Made by a program: the position numbers and the translations under genes. Under the pieces are notes generated by a model. It saw nothing but the letters and a program-made list of their open reading frames with translations. It had not been told where the DNA came from and did not search any database. Of a stretch of DNA of 64,000 nt, positions 18,833 through 28,812 are shown one piece after another. The stretch comes from Blastocatellia bacterium (GTDB taxonomy: Bacteria; Acidobacteriota; Blastocatellia; UBA7656), in NCBI GenBank assembly GCA_963765495.1, contig CAVXWP010000008.1:352001-416000 (forward strand), written 5' to 3'. The number at the start of each line of letters is the position of its first letter. Position 1 is the first letter of the stretch.

Positions 18833-19909
18833 TTATTTTACTTCCCTTATAAATGCTTTATAGGATGACTCGATGATCTGTGAGTCAACATCTCCTGAAA
18901 GAATTAACACGCGGTACTTAAAGGTCGCGGATTGCCCCGGTTCGAGGGTCAGTTTTAATTCCTCTTTTCCGTTGCTAAAAACCTTCTGCCCAAGCGGATT
19001 GGCCGCAAATAATCCATACCCCCGAGCGTGCCAATAGGTAGGGAAGCCGGGATTTGTCGGATGATCTAAAATGGCCAGCGCAACATTCTTCTCTCCTATC
19101 ATTCCTGAAAGCATCACCCAGCGGCCCCGTGTCCCCCAGACATCATCGCCTCTCTTCCCTTCGCTGCTCAGATACTTTCCTGTCACCCCTCGATTGTCGA
19201 GTCGGGGAACGCTTGTAGCCTTTCCCGTGGCGTCTGTAAATACCTCAGCCGTATCGGAAGGCTGTTCGAGTTGCCTCGCCACCCGAATCCCCAGCACGCC
19301 CTCCTTGTTATCATTGAAGACTACCCGGCGATCCGTGGCCGTAAGCGTCGTTATGCGGTCAATCGAGCGCAGATGTGGTCCGGCGTGAAAAACAAAAATG
19401 GTCTCCTCTCGCAAAAGGGCTCTGCCATCCGGTCCATCCCAATCCATCTCGACCTCAAGACGGGCGCTCTCCTTGCCTCCTTCCGCCCTCCTGATTTTCT
19501 TCTGTCTTATTACGCCGTAATGACCACGGTCCTCTGGTTTTATCGCATCGGAGTTGTTCCAGAAGTCTATTCCATTAACATCACCGTAATTGAGCCATAA
19601 TCCTACCTGATGAGGATGATCAACCCTTTCCCCCGCTCTCGGCTCAAGAGGAAACCCACGGGTCACTATCGTCCCTTCGGATGTTCTGAGCGGATACAAC
19701 ACCGGCTTCTTTATTGTGTCGGGCCAGATGTATGAGGTAAACGGCTTACCATCAACCGTGACGTCCACGCGATGCTCGTTCTCAAGCACGACTACGTGCA
19801 GGCCGGTCTCATATCCGATGGACCGAATGGAAAAACTCGGAAACAAGAGCAAGGCAAGCGCCGCCACGAAAAAGAAAAAACCTCTGCCGGTTGAAAAACG
19901 CGCCTTCAT
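18833..19909 (-). CDS. DUF6807/'PmoA'-family secreted protein (carbohydrate-locus associated)
   Basis: KPVLYPL...DHPHQVGLW and WHARGYGLFAANP motifs; signal peptide. Confidence 0.75.
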   Translation of the reverse strand: MKARFSTGRGFFFFVAALALLLFPSFSIRSIGYETGLHVVVLENEHRVDVTVDGKPFTSYIWPDTIKKPVLYPLRTSEGTIVTRGFPLEPRAGERVDHPHQVGLWLNYGDVNGIDFWNNSDAIKPEDRGHYGVIRQKKIRRAEGGKESARLEVEMDWDGPDGRALLREETIFVFHAGPHLRSIDRITTLTATDRRVVFNDNKEGVLGIRVARQLEQPSDTAEVFTDATGKATSVPRLDNRGVTGKYLSSEGKRGDDVWGTRGRWVMLSGMIGEKNVALAILDHPTNPGFPTYWHARGYGLFAANPLGQKVFSNGKEELKLTLEPGQSATFKYRVLILSGDVDSQIIESSYKAFIREVK

Positions 19910-19928
19910 CCCTCTTACCTCTTCCCGC

Positions 19929-19963
19929 TTTGCCTCTTGCCCCTCGCCTTTTGCCCTTCGCCC
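19929..19963. repeat. Heptamer tandem repeat YTYGCCY x5
   Basis: tttgcct cttgccc ctcgcct tttgccc ttcgccc fills most of the intergenic gap. Confidence 0.8.
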
Positions 19964-21340
19964 TTATCCCAGCACTACATCCTGTCTTGCCTCATCGAAT
20001 GTGACTCGCTTGCCGGAATGCAGGGCGGCAATCGTCATACAGAGCGCCACCGAATGATTGTATGCCGCGTGGATATCTGCGTTTGGGGTCTTTCTTGATC
20101 GAACGCATTCCATCCAATTCCGCATATGAGCGCCCGTCGAAGGATCGAGCCCCGTATTCGCCCCGGTCGCGGGATTGGCTTCCCCATCCGCCTCATCAAC
20201 AAGCGACATCTTTTCGATCTGAAAAGGTTCCATCCCCATCGGTTTGGCATACTCTTCGGGCAGCCCTCCATCCGGCCCTACCTGATTGGTATCGAGATTC
20301 AGGCTCCCGCCGTTTGAATAATAAATCTCCTTTACGCCACCCGCGCTGTTTGTCTGCCTCGATGAGTAGACGACCTGAAATCCCTTGCCCCCTTTCGCGG
20401 CATCGCCGTAATCAAAGACCGCTGTCATCGTATCAAAGTTTTTCCGCCCGTCCCGCCATAAGTAATTCCCCCCGTTTGCGACTACCGATGTCGGGTGGTT
20501 GTAGCCGGTAAACCAGTGAACCGTATCAATCTGGTGAACCATCCACTGGTCGGGTATCCCCGATGAATACGGCCAGAAGAGGCGAAATTCCAGATGTTTC
20601 CTTGCGTCGAACGGCTCGAAGGGCCTGTTGATAAGGAACCGTTTCCAGTCGGTATCCTCTTCACGCAGCAACGGCACAAGATCCGGTCGCCGCCATCTCC
20701 CCGGTTGATTCACATTCCACGTCATCTCTGCCATGACTATGTCGCCGAATTTGCCTGATCTTAAAAACTCGTTTGCGCGGATGTAGTTCTGTGTGGACCG
20801 TCGCTGTGTGCCTACCTGCACGATATGTTTTGAGCCGGTCACAAGCTTTAGCGCCGCGCGCGCATCAGACATCGTATTGGCAAAGGGCTTTTCTACATAA
20901 ACATCCTTTCCGGCGCGGACCGCTTCTATGCAATGGAAGGCGTGTTGAAAATCGGCCGTGGCGATAATAACGGCATCTATGTTCTTCATCGAATATAGCT
21001 CGTCCGTATTTCGCGCCTCGACCACATTCCCTTCCGGTAACGGAAATTTGAATCTCCTGGCCTGATGATTGACAAACGACACACCTTCAACCCGCCGCTT
21101 GTTCCAGATATCGCAAACGGCAACAGGCTCAAAATTCAATTCACCGGCCAGACTCATAAAGGCCGGGATCAGCGCATCGCGAGCGCGGTCACCCGGCCCG
21201 ACAATCGCGACTCTCACCCTGTCATTTGCGCCAAGTATCCTTGAATAACTGATAGCGCTTGAACCGAGCGTGAGACCCGCCGCACCTGCCATTGTCGCCT
21301 TGATGAAATCTCGTCTTGGATTATTTTTTCTCGACATCAT
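19964..21340 (-). CDS. Gfo/Idh/MocA family oxidoreductase, Tat-exported
   Basis: RRDFIK Tat motif; IVGPGDR; VYVEKPF; ATG at 21340 with GGAGGG RBS. Confidence 0.9.
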   Translation of the reverse strand: MMSRKNNPRRDFIKATMAGAAGLTLGSSAISYSRILGANDRVRVAIVGPGDRARDALIPAFMSLAGELNFEPVAVCDIWNKRRVEGVSFVNHQARRFKFPLPEGNVVEARNTDELYSMKNIDAVIIATADFQHAFHCIEAVRAGKDVYVEKPFANTMSDARAALKLVTGSKHIVQVGTQRRSTQNYIRANEFLRSGKFGDIVMAEMTWNVNQPGRWRRPDLVPLLREEDTDWKRFLINRPFEPFDARKHLEFRLFWPYSSGIPDQWMVHQIDTVHWFTGYNHPTSVVANGGNYLWRDGRKNFDTMTAVFDYGDAAKGGKGFQVVYSSRQTNSAGGVKEIYYSNGGSLNLDTNQVGPDGGLPEEYAKPMGMEPFQIEKMSLVDEADGEANPATGANTGLDPSTGAHMRNWMECVRSRKTPNADIHAAYNHSVALCMTIAALHSGKRVTFDEARQDVVLG

Positions 21341-21377
21341 CTCCCTCCCTATCAGACCGCTTATGAAAAGGTGGTCT

Positions 21378-22250
21378 CTAAAGTACACCCGCGCGTGCAA
21401 GCAGCAGTTTCATCCCCGCCATGCTTTGACGCGAAGATTCCTCCGGCGTACCCGCGCCGCGCCAGTGCGTCTCAAGGCTCACGACTCCTCGATAGCCGTC
21501 TTTCTTCAAGGCTCGAAACTGGCCTGTGTAATCTATGATTCCCCGCCCCATCGCCATCCATTCTGTCCCTCCGCCCTCGTGACGAATCAAATCTTTGCAA
21601 TGCATATAACCGATTCGATCCTTTGGCAGCAACGAATATCCATCGGGGAACGGAGTCTCGCCGCGCGCAGCCGCATTGCCGGGATCCCAGTTCAATTTCA
21701 ACCCTCTCGATTTTACCGCGGCAAGTGTGCGCGCCGCTTCCGCGCCCGTCGCAGTGTTGCAGGCGTGTTCGTTTTCGAGCAATAAAACGAGTCCCCGCTT
21801 TTGCGCCTTCTCCGCCGCCTCGAAAAGCTTTTGATCCATCGCCGAGCGATACGGCTTTTGATCCTCCAAACGCCAGAAATCGAATACGCGAATCTTGTCT
21901 GTGTTGAAGGCCCGCGCAAGCTCGAATCCCCGCTCAAGAAGCTCGTCCTGTTGCTCGAATGTGTAGCCTGCGCCAAATTGATCGCGTTTCGGGCTGAATC
22001 TGGAGGGAGGAGCGCCCGGCCATTCCACCTTGAATATCGGCGATGCAATCGACGACACCCGCAGGCGAAAACGCTCCAACAATCCCCGGGCTTCGCCGAT
22101 CTCTTTCGCGTCAAGAGCCATTATGTTCTTGCCCCAGAGTTCCCTCACCTCTACAAAACCGAGCTGAAACTCCTTCGCTGCCACCTCGAGCGCGTGCCCG
22201 AAATCATTGGTTATCTCATCGGTTATTACTGAAATCTTGAATGTAGACAT
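21378..22250 (-). CDS. Sugar phosphate isomerase/epimerase (AP endonuclease 2 TIM barrel)
   Basis: Metal-binding motifs LLENEH, NWDPGN, MHCKD and SLETH. Confidence 0.85.
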   Translation of the reverse strand: MSTFKISVITDEITNDFGHALEVAAKEFQLGFVEVRELWGKNIMALDAKEIGEARGLLERFRLRVSSIASPIFKVEWPGAPPSRFSPKRDQFGAGYTFEQQDELLERGFELARAFNTDKIRVFDFWRLEDQKPYRSAMDQKLFEAAEKAQKRGLVLLLENEHACNTATGAEAARTLAAVKSRGLKLNWDPGNAAARGETPFPDGYSLLPKDRIGYMHCKDLIRHEGGGTEWMAMGRGIIDYTGQFRALKKDGYRGVVSLETHWRGAGTPEESSRQSMAGMKLLLARAGVL

Positions 22251-22281
22251 AACTCTTTGAACCGTCCCTGCGGGACCTGTC

Positions 22282-23271
22282 TTAAATCTTTGTCTTCAGA
22301 ATTTCTTCCAGATACATCTTGCTGATCTCGGCCGACTCTTTTGGAGTCCTCGCCTTATCGGGCACCCCGTCAAGTTCGACTATGGCCCAGCCTCTGAAAC
22401 CGATCTCCTCAAGAGCCTTCATTACCCCGGGCAGGTCGATCTTTCCTCGCCCCAGTTCGACAAAGCGATACCTGCGCCTGTCGTTCTCGCGCCCTTCAAG
22501 CGATTCCACATCTTTCAAATGCAAAAAGAGCAGACGGTCTCGATATTTCTTTATAGCATCGACCGGATTGCCCCCGCCTTGAAAGTAATGCGCGATGTCG
22601 AGTTCGAACTTGAGGTATCGCGGGTCGGTCGCTTCGAGGATTCGATCCACTTCCTCAGGCGCTTCGCCGAGACTGCCCATATGATTGTGATAACCTACAC
22701 GCACACCCAGATCTACTGCGCGCTTGCTGACCTCGTTTAACATATGACCGAGACGTTTAAAGTCTTCCGCCGAAGGGGGGCGGTCCTTCGGGCGTGCCGA
22801 ATCGATCAATTGAAGATAATGCCCGCCGACATCCCGCACAAACTGCGCGTGCTTTGTGTGAAGGTTGATCGTCTCGCCCTCAGACCCCGAGGCAATACCT
22901 ACATTGCCGCTCGATAATGCCACCATTTCAAGATGATTTCGCCGAAGGATTTCGCGCAACTCCTTTGGGCGGTCTCCAAAACGCTCAAGCACATTGGCCC
23001 GCAATTGAATCCCGTGGTAGCCGACCGAAGAGATGTCCTTTATTGCCTGAAGATCGTCTCCGCCCCAGGTGATTGCCGCGCATCCAAATTCTATCTTTGA
23101 TGGTGCCGGAGTGATAGGGGTGTCGAAAACGCTCAGATCCATCCTGGGATAAAGCGGCGGTTCGAAAAGCCGCCCCAGACTTATCGAGGGGAGCGAAAGC
23201 GTAGCGGCCGTAACGCCCAGACTTGAGATAAATCTGCGACGAGAAATCTGTGATCTCATCCCTTGCTCCAT
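22282..23271 (-). CDS. Sugar phosphate isomerase/epimerase (IolE-like), Tat-exported
   Basis: SRRRFI Tat motif; YHNHMG, LDIAH, LHLKD and WAIVELD. Confidence 0.85.
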   Translation of the reverse strand: MEQGMRSQISRRRFISSLGVTAATLSLPSISLGRLFEPPLYPRMDLSVFDTPITPAPSKIEFGCAAITWGGDDLQAIKDISSVGYHGIQLRANVLERFGDRPKELREILRRNHLEMVALSSGNVGIASGSEGETINLHTKHAQFVRDVGGHYLQLIDSARPKDRPPSAEDFKRLGHMLNEVSKRAVDLGVRVGYHNHMGSLGEAPEEVDRILEATDPRYLKFELDIAHYFQGGGNPVDAIKKYRDRLLFLHLKDVESLEGRENDRRRYRFVELGRGKIDLPGVMKALEEIGFRGWAIVELDGVPDKARTPKESAEISKMYLEEILKTKI

Positions 23272-23519
23272 TTACTTATCGTGGATTGTCAGCAAGAAAA
23301 TACCGCAGTTATCCCCTCTTGGCAAATCGGAAAGATACCAGGGACATATTATTCCCTGTATATTTCAGGCGTTCTCATCAGGCGCAGGTGTTTTCTACGA
23401 TCACGTGATGGTTTGATCAGGGTAGAACGGGTGATGCCGTTTGTCGAATCCATCCCGGTGTTGTACCCTATGATTCCGGTTTACATCCAAACCCATTCAA
23501 TTCTGCTTGTAGGTGCAAT

Positions 23520-24959
23520 ATGGCTATGTCAAAGGCCCATGCAAAAATCAGCCTGTTGGAAGACCGCTATTTCGGACCCGATCCACGGCAAAAAGAGGTC
23601 GCAAAACATCTCTACTCCCTTGTGGCAAATGCCCCGTTGATCTGTCCTCACGGTCACGTTGATGCGCGGATGTTTGCCGACCCGGATTACAGTTTCGGCT
23701 CGCCTGCCGACCTCTTTCTCATACCCGATCACTATATTTTCAGGATGCTATACTCGCAGGGCATTTCACTCGAACGGTTGGGAATCGCGCGTCTCGACGG
23801 CGAGCCGGTAGAGACAGACCATCGTCAAATCTGGCAGCTCTTCGCAGAAAATTTTTATCTCTTTCGCGGCACGCCGACCGGACTCTGGTTCACACACGAA
23901 CTTTTTGACCTCTTCGGCGTCGAAGACAAATTGACCGACGCGACCGCGCAGGAAATTTACGACCGGATTTCAACCTGTCTGAGCCGCCCTGAATTTCGGC
24001 CTCGGAGCCTCTTTGAAAAATTCAACATCGAGGTCCTGGCCACAACCGATTCCGCAAACGATCCGCTCGACCACCATCGCGCAATCCGCGAGTCGGGTTG
24101 GACGGGTAGAGTGGTTCCCACATTCCGACCCGACGGAGTGATAAATATCGACCGCCCGGATTGGAGAAAAAACATAGACGAGTTAGGCCGCGTTTGCGGC
24201 TTTGAAGTGACGGATTATCACGGTTTGATCGCGGCGCTCGAAAACCGCCGCGCTTATTTCAAGGACCTTGGCGCAACTGCCACGGATCACGCGGTCCTGA
24301 CGCCTTATACCGAAAAACTATCCGATATGGAAGCGGAGGCCATTTTTAATCGAGCGATTCGCGGGGAGTCTGACGCAGACGACTCGATGAGATTTACCGG
24401 GCACATGATGATCGAATGCGCTCGGATGAGCACCGAGGACGGGCTTGTAATGCAACTTCATCCCGGATCATTTCGAGATCATAACAGACTTGTGCGCGAG
24501 AGATTCGGGACGGACAAAGGCGCTGACATCCCCGTACCGATTGAATATACGCGCAACCTTTTGCCCCTTCTCGAAAGGTTTGGAAACGACTCGCGGCTGA
24601 CCCTGATTCTGTTCACTCTTGATGAAGCCACCTACTCGCGCGAGCTTGCCCCTCTGGCAGGCCATTACCCGGCCGTCAGGCTCGGCCCGCCCTGGTGGTT
24701 CAACGACAGCTTGAACGGTATGCTGCGCTATCGCGATCTGGTGACAGAAACTGCGGGGATTTATAACACGGTAGGATTCAACGATGACACCCGGGCCTTC
24801 CCTTCTATCCCCGCAAGACACGACCTTGCCCGCAGGGTGGATTCAAACTGGCTTGCCGGTCTCGTACTTCGCGGGGTTGTTGACCTCACGGACGCGGAGG
24901 AGATGATTCACGACCTCTCATACGGGCTGGCGAGAAAGGCTTATAAATTTGATCTTTGA
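23520..24959 (+). CDS. uxaC: Glucuronate (uronate) isomerase
   Basis: Motifs CPHGHVD, PDHYIFRM, LGPPWWFNDS and GFNDDTRAFPSIPARHD. Confidence 0.95.
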   Translation: MAMSKAHAKISLLEDRYFGPDPRQKEVAKHLYSLVANAPLICPHGHVDARMFADPDYSFGSPADLFLIPDHYIFRMLYSQGISLERLGIARLDGEPVETDHRQIWQLFAENFYLFRGTPTGLWFTHELFDLFGVEDKLTDATAQEIYDRISTCLSRPEFRPRSLFEKFNIEVLATTDSANDPLDHHRAIRESGWTGRVVPTFRPDGVINIDRPDWRKNIDELGRVCGFEVTDYHGLIAALENRRAYFKDLGATATDHAVLTPYTEKLSDMEAEAIFNRAIRGESDADDSMRFTGHMMIECARMSTEDGLVMQLHPGSFRDHNRLVRERFGTDKGADIPVPIEYTRNLLPLLERFGNDSRLTLILFTLDEATYSRELAPLAGHYPAVRLGPPWWFNDSLNGMLRYRDLVTETAGIYNTVGFNDDTRAFPSIPARHDLARRVDSNWLAGLVLRGVVDLTDAEEMIHDLSYGLARKAYKFDL

Positions 24960-26548
24960 GCGGTGAACTCGATCTGATTATGGAAAACTCGATATTATCA
25001 ACTCTTATTGATGTAGACCCGACATCGCTTGTGGGCAACGATGAAAATACGGGCCTCGCAAATCAATTGAGCCACAGCACGGGCTCAGAAGTCTATCCAC
25101 GCTCGATCCTTGCAACACAGGATTCGCTCTTCTTTCTATGTAGAAAAGAGCGCCGGAAGTTCCTCGGCATACTGACTCGTGCCCCTGAAACAGACCATAG
25201 ATTCAGCGGCAACCTGAGCGTCGCAAGAATTGGACGCGATCAACTCACACTGAAACTCTGCGATAAAGATGTTGAGAATGCGCGCCTGCTCCGAGAGCTT
25301 TTTCCATTCTTAAGACCTCAGACGCTTGGCCTTCGCAAGTCTGCCGGGTGCGGCGACAGGTTGGGTCTTGCCACGCCCGGGCATATCAAGGCGATCAGGC
25401 AATCAAGCATGGCTCCAATACTGGCGCAGCAATCCGTACGTGAGAACTCTCGCACAAATCGCACCCCCATTGAGGTTCTCGACGATGCAATGTGGGGAGT
25501 CTTTCAGGAAGGCTGGCAGTCGGGTTATGGGGCCGATGCGGATCACCTAAAATCAACCGCCGACATTGATGACTTCGTCTCGGCCGGGTATACATTCTAT
25601 ACGATAGACCCCGGTGACCACGTAGACAACGAAGCGCAATCGGCAAACAGCGAAACCCTGAGACAGAAATCGGAAACGATTCCCTGGGCCGGGTTGGAAA
25701 CCAGCCCACAAACACTTATCTCACAATTGGCCTCAAGACCGATTGATCTCGGCAATTTCACGCTCTCGATAAGCGAGATTGATTTGATGCGCGCGGCGGC
25801 AAAATACGGTCGCGCCGTCCTTCATACGGTTACGATGTATCGCCACCTTAAAGAGCACCTCTCCGACAATGAGTTTGAGCTTGAGATGAGCGTCGATGAA
25901 ACGGATTCGGTCACGACTCTTGCCGAACACATCTATATTGCTCACGAGATGAAACGTCTGGGGGTAAAGTGGGCGAGCCTGGCCCCGAGGTACGCGGGAA
26001 CATTTGAAAAGGGAGTCGATTACATAGGCGACCCTGCGGACTTCGAAAGATGCTTTGTCGAACATCTGGCGGTTGCGAATACTTTTGGCCCTTATAAATT
26101 GAGCCTCCATTCAGGCTCCGACAAATTCAGCATCTATCCGATTGCATCGAAAATAGCAGGCAATCTCGTCCATCTGAAGACGGCCGGAACAAGTTATCTG
26201 GAAGCTCTACGCGCAATCTCTATCCTTCGCCCTTCTCTTTTCCGCGACATCGCCCGATTTGCTTTCCGTCGTTTCCCTTCCGACCGCGCGAGCTATCATG
26301 TTTCGGCAGACATCTCAAAGATCCCCGACCTCAGAACCCTCGGGGATGAGCAGCTACCTTCGCTCCTTGAAGATTTTGACTGCCGCGAAGCGTTGCACGT
26401 AACCTATGGATCAATCCTGAATAACGATGACTTGCGGGGGCCGATATTTGAGACCCTTGAAGACAACGAAGACACCCATTACCAGATACTGGAAACGCAT
26501 TTTGCAAGGCACTTCGCGCCGTTCGCCGATTCAGAGGCGGGCTCGTGA
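24956..26548 (+). CDS. uxaE: Tagaturonate/fructuronate epimerase
   Basis: Motifs GCGDRLGLATPGH, AQQSVRE, GADADHLK, SLHSGSDKF and HLKTAGTSYLEALR; the start may be ATG 24980. Confidence 0.9.
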   Translation: MSGELDLIMENSILSTLIDVDPTSLVGNDENTGLANQLSHSTGSEVYPRSILATQDSLFFLCRKERRKFLGILTRAPETDHRFSGNLSVARIGRDQLTLKLCDKDVENARLLRELFPFLRPQTLGLRKSAGCGDRLGLATPGHIKAIRQSSMAPILAQQSVRENSRTNRTPIEVLDDAMWGVFQEGWQSGYGADADHLKSTADIDDFVSAGYTFYTIDPGDHVDNEAQSANSETLRQKSETIPWAGLETSPQTLISQLASRPIDLGNFTLSISEIDLMRAAAKYGRAVLHTVTMYRHLKEHLSDNEFELEMSVDETDSVTTLAEHIYIAHEMKRLGVKWASLAPRYAGTFEKGVDYIGDPADFERCFVEHLAVANTFGPYKLSLHSGSDKFSIYPIASKIAGNLVHLKTAGTSYLEALRAISILRPSLFRDIARFAFRRFPSDRASYHVSADISKIPDLRTLGDEQLPSLLEDFDCREALHVTYGSILNNDDLRGPIFETLEDNEDTHYQILETHFARHFAPFADSEAGS

Positions 26549-26570
26549 GTGAGAAGGCTGGAAATCTATT

Positions 26571-27401
26571 ATGACTCTCTCTGAATTGACAAAGATGTAC
26601 GATTTCACGGGCAGGTCTGTAATCATCACCGGGGGAACCGGCGTGCTTTGCAGCGCGATGGCGGCGGCACTCACAGGGTGCGGAGCGGGTGTGGCGATCC
26701 TTTCGCGCAATAAGAAAAAGGGGGATACGCTCGCGGCATCCGTCCCCGGCCCGGGCCGCGCGATCTCTCTGCGGGCGGATGTTTTAAATCGCGATGAATT
26801 GAGGAGAGCCGCAAACCGCGTCCAGAAGGAATTCGGGCACATTGATTGTCTGATAAACGGCGCGGGCGGAAATCACCCGAGCGCCTCAACTGGCCCCGAC
26901 TCATCCTTTTTCGACCTGCCCGAAGAGGCTCTAAAAGCCGTATTTGACTTGAATCTTCTCGGGTCGATCCTGCCTGCTCAGGTCTTTGGCAGAGAGATGG
27001 CCCGACGGGGCGAAGGCGTAATCCTGAATATCTCTTCGATGAGCGCGATTCGCCCGCTCACACGGGTTATGGCTTATTCGGCGGCCAAGTCTGCGATTTC
27101 GAGTTTCACTCAATGGCTGGCCGTCCATCTTGCAAGCGAGTATTCGCCACGTCTTCGCGTAAACGCTCTTGCTCCCGGGTTTTTCCTTACGGAACAGAAT
27201 CGCTTCCTGCTTTTAGATAAACAGACCGGCGAATTGAGCAAGCGCGGCCACGCTATAATCGACCATACGCCGATGGGCCGTTTCGGCGCGCCGGAAGATT
27301 TGCTTGGCGCAATGCTCTGGTTACTTTCGCCCGCTTCGGCTTTTGTTACGGGTATTGTAGTTCCGGTTGACGGTGGCTTTTCAGCTTTTGGCGGTGTCTG
27401 A
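26571..27401 (+). CDS. uxuB: SDR D-mannonate oxidoreductase / fructuronate reductase
   Basis: Motifs TGGTGVL, INGAGGN, YSAAK, APGFFLTEQNR and DGGFSAFGGV; operon context. Confidence 0.8.
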   Translation: MTLSELTKMYDFTGRSVIITGGTGVLCSAMAAALTGCGAGVAILSRNKKKGDTLAASVPGPGRAISLRADVLNRDELRRAANRVQKEFGHIDCLINGAGGNHPSASTGPDSSFFDLPEEALKAVFDLNLLGSILPAQVFGREMARRGEGVILNISSMSAIRPLTRVMAYSAAKSAISSFTQWLAVHLASEYSPRLRVNALAPGFFLTEQNRFLLLDKQTGELSKRGHAIIDHTPMGRFGAPEDLLGAMLWLLSPASAFVTGIVVPVDGGFSAFGGV

Positions 27402-27418
27402 TTTCGGCGGAGAGACAG

Positions 27419-28702
27419 ATGATTGTCGGCGCGGGTTACATAGACAGATTATTGGCGAATGAAGAGATTCGGGATTTGATGTCTGCGGCCCTGTCTTCGA
27501 TACGCCTCACCGGACGCCGGGTCCTGATCATCATCCCCGACGGCACGCGGACGGCTCCCCTCCCTGTGATGTTTCGCCTCTTTTGCGAATTCCTGACCCC
27601 AAAAGTTGCGGCCCTCGATTTTCTTATCGCGCTCGGCACGCATCGCCTTATGAGCGAGGACGCCATAAACAGGCTTGTGGGCGTGACCGATGAAGAGCGG
27701 CGTACGCGATTCAATGGAGTAAATATATTCAATCACCGCTGGGATTTGCCGGAGACTTTTACGACCCTTGGCACAATATCGGCAGATGAAATCGAAGAGA
27801 TTTCCGGGGGATTATTGAACTCTGCCATAGAGGTTCGCCTCAACAGGATTGTCTTTGACTATGATCTGATCATTATCTGCGGGCCCACTTTCCCACACGA
27901 AGTCGTAGGCTTTTCCGGCGGCAACAAATACTTTTTCCCCGGCATAGGCGGAAAAAAAGTCATCAATTTCTCGCACTGGCTTGGCGCGCTCATCACCAGT
28001 TATTCAGTCATCGGCCAAAAATATACACCTGTTCGCCGCGTCATTGATCGGGCTGCCTCCTTCATAGATCGGGAAAAGCTCTGCTTCAGCCTCGTAGTAA
28101 AAGGAGGCGGGCTTGCCGGGTTGTACATAGGCTCGCCCGAAGAAGCCTACGACAACGCCGCCGACCTCTCAGCGCAAATACATATCAATTGGGTCGATAG
28201 ACCTTTTGACCGCGCGCTCGCTCAGATGCCCGAGATGTATGATGACATCTGGACGGCGGCAAAAGGAATGTACAAACTCGAACCTGTCATAAGTGATGGA
28301 GGGGACATAATTATTTACGCCCCGCACATCACCGAAGTCAGCTATTCGCACGGCAAGCAGATCGAGGAGATCGGGTATCACGTGCGGGATTATTTCCTAA
28401 AACAGTGGGATAAATTTAAGGATTATCCCGGTGGAGTGCTGGCTCACAGCACTCACCTCAAAGGTCTTGGGAATTACGACCTGCCTCTTTCGCTTGAGGC
28501 TCCGCGCATAAATGTTCACCTCGCGACAGGCATCTCGGAGGAGCGGTGCAAACGCCTCAATATCGGTTATCTCGCTCCTGAAAGTATCAACCCGGATGAT
28601 TGGAAGAACCGTGAAGAAGAAGGCATCCTGCTTGTGCCACGCGCGGGTGAGATGTTATACCGGGTCAGGCCAAACGCCCAGAAAAGAGCCGAGTGTTTTT
28701 GA
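27419..28702 (+). CDS. LarA (lactate racemase) family 2-hydroxy-acid epimerase
   Basis: Motifs IIPDGTRT, ALGTHRLM, FPHEVVGFSGGNKYFFPG and KGMYKLE. Confidence 0.85.
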   Translation: MIVGAGYIDRLLANEEIRDLMSAALSSIRLTGRRVLIIIPDGTRTAPLPVMFRLFCEFLTPKVAALDFLIALGTHRLMSEDAINRLVGVTDEERRTRFNGVNIFNHRWDLPETFTTLGTISADEIEEISGGLLNSAIEVRLNRIVFDYDLIIICGPTFPHEVVGFSGGNKYFFPGIGGKKVINFSHWLGALITSYSVIGQKYTPVRRVIDRAASFIDREKLCFSLVVKGGGLAGLYIGSPEEAYDNAADLSAQIHINWVDRPFDRALAQMPEMYDDIWTAAKGMYKLEPVISDGGDIIIYAPHITEVSYSHGKQIEEIGYHVRDYFLKQWDKFKDYPGGVLAHSTHLKGLGNYDLPLSLEAPRINVHLATGISEERCKRLNIGYLAPESINPDDWKNREEEGILLVPRAGEMLYRVRPNAQKRAECF

Positions 28703-28764
28703 CAGGATTAACAAGATTTCTGAGAGATGGTTGGAAAAACTCTCCAAATCTTGTTAATCCCGTC
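28701..28764. repeat. Intergenic inverted-repeat element, copy A
   Basis: GACAGGATTAACAAGATTT ... AAATCTTGTTAATCCCGTC (18/19 complementary). Confidence 0.8.
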
Positions 28765-28812
28765 TGATTCTTTCTCCCTCTTTACAAACCGGAATTACCT
28801 TTAGAGGAGACT

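Noticed and set aside
18833-19909. Methane monooxygenase subunit PmoA
   Set aside because: Soluble secreted protein of the misleadingly named PmoA/DUF6807 family; no pmoCAB context.
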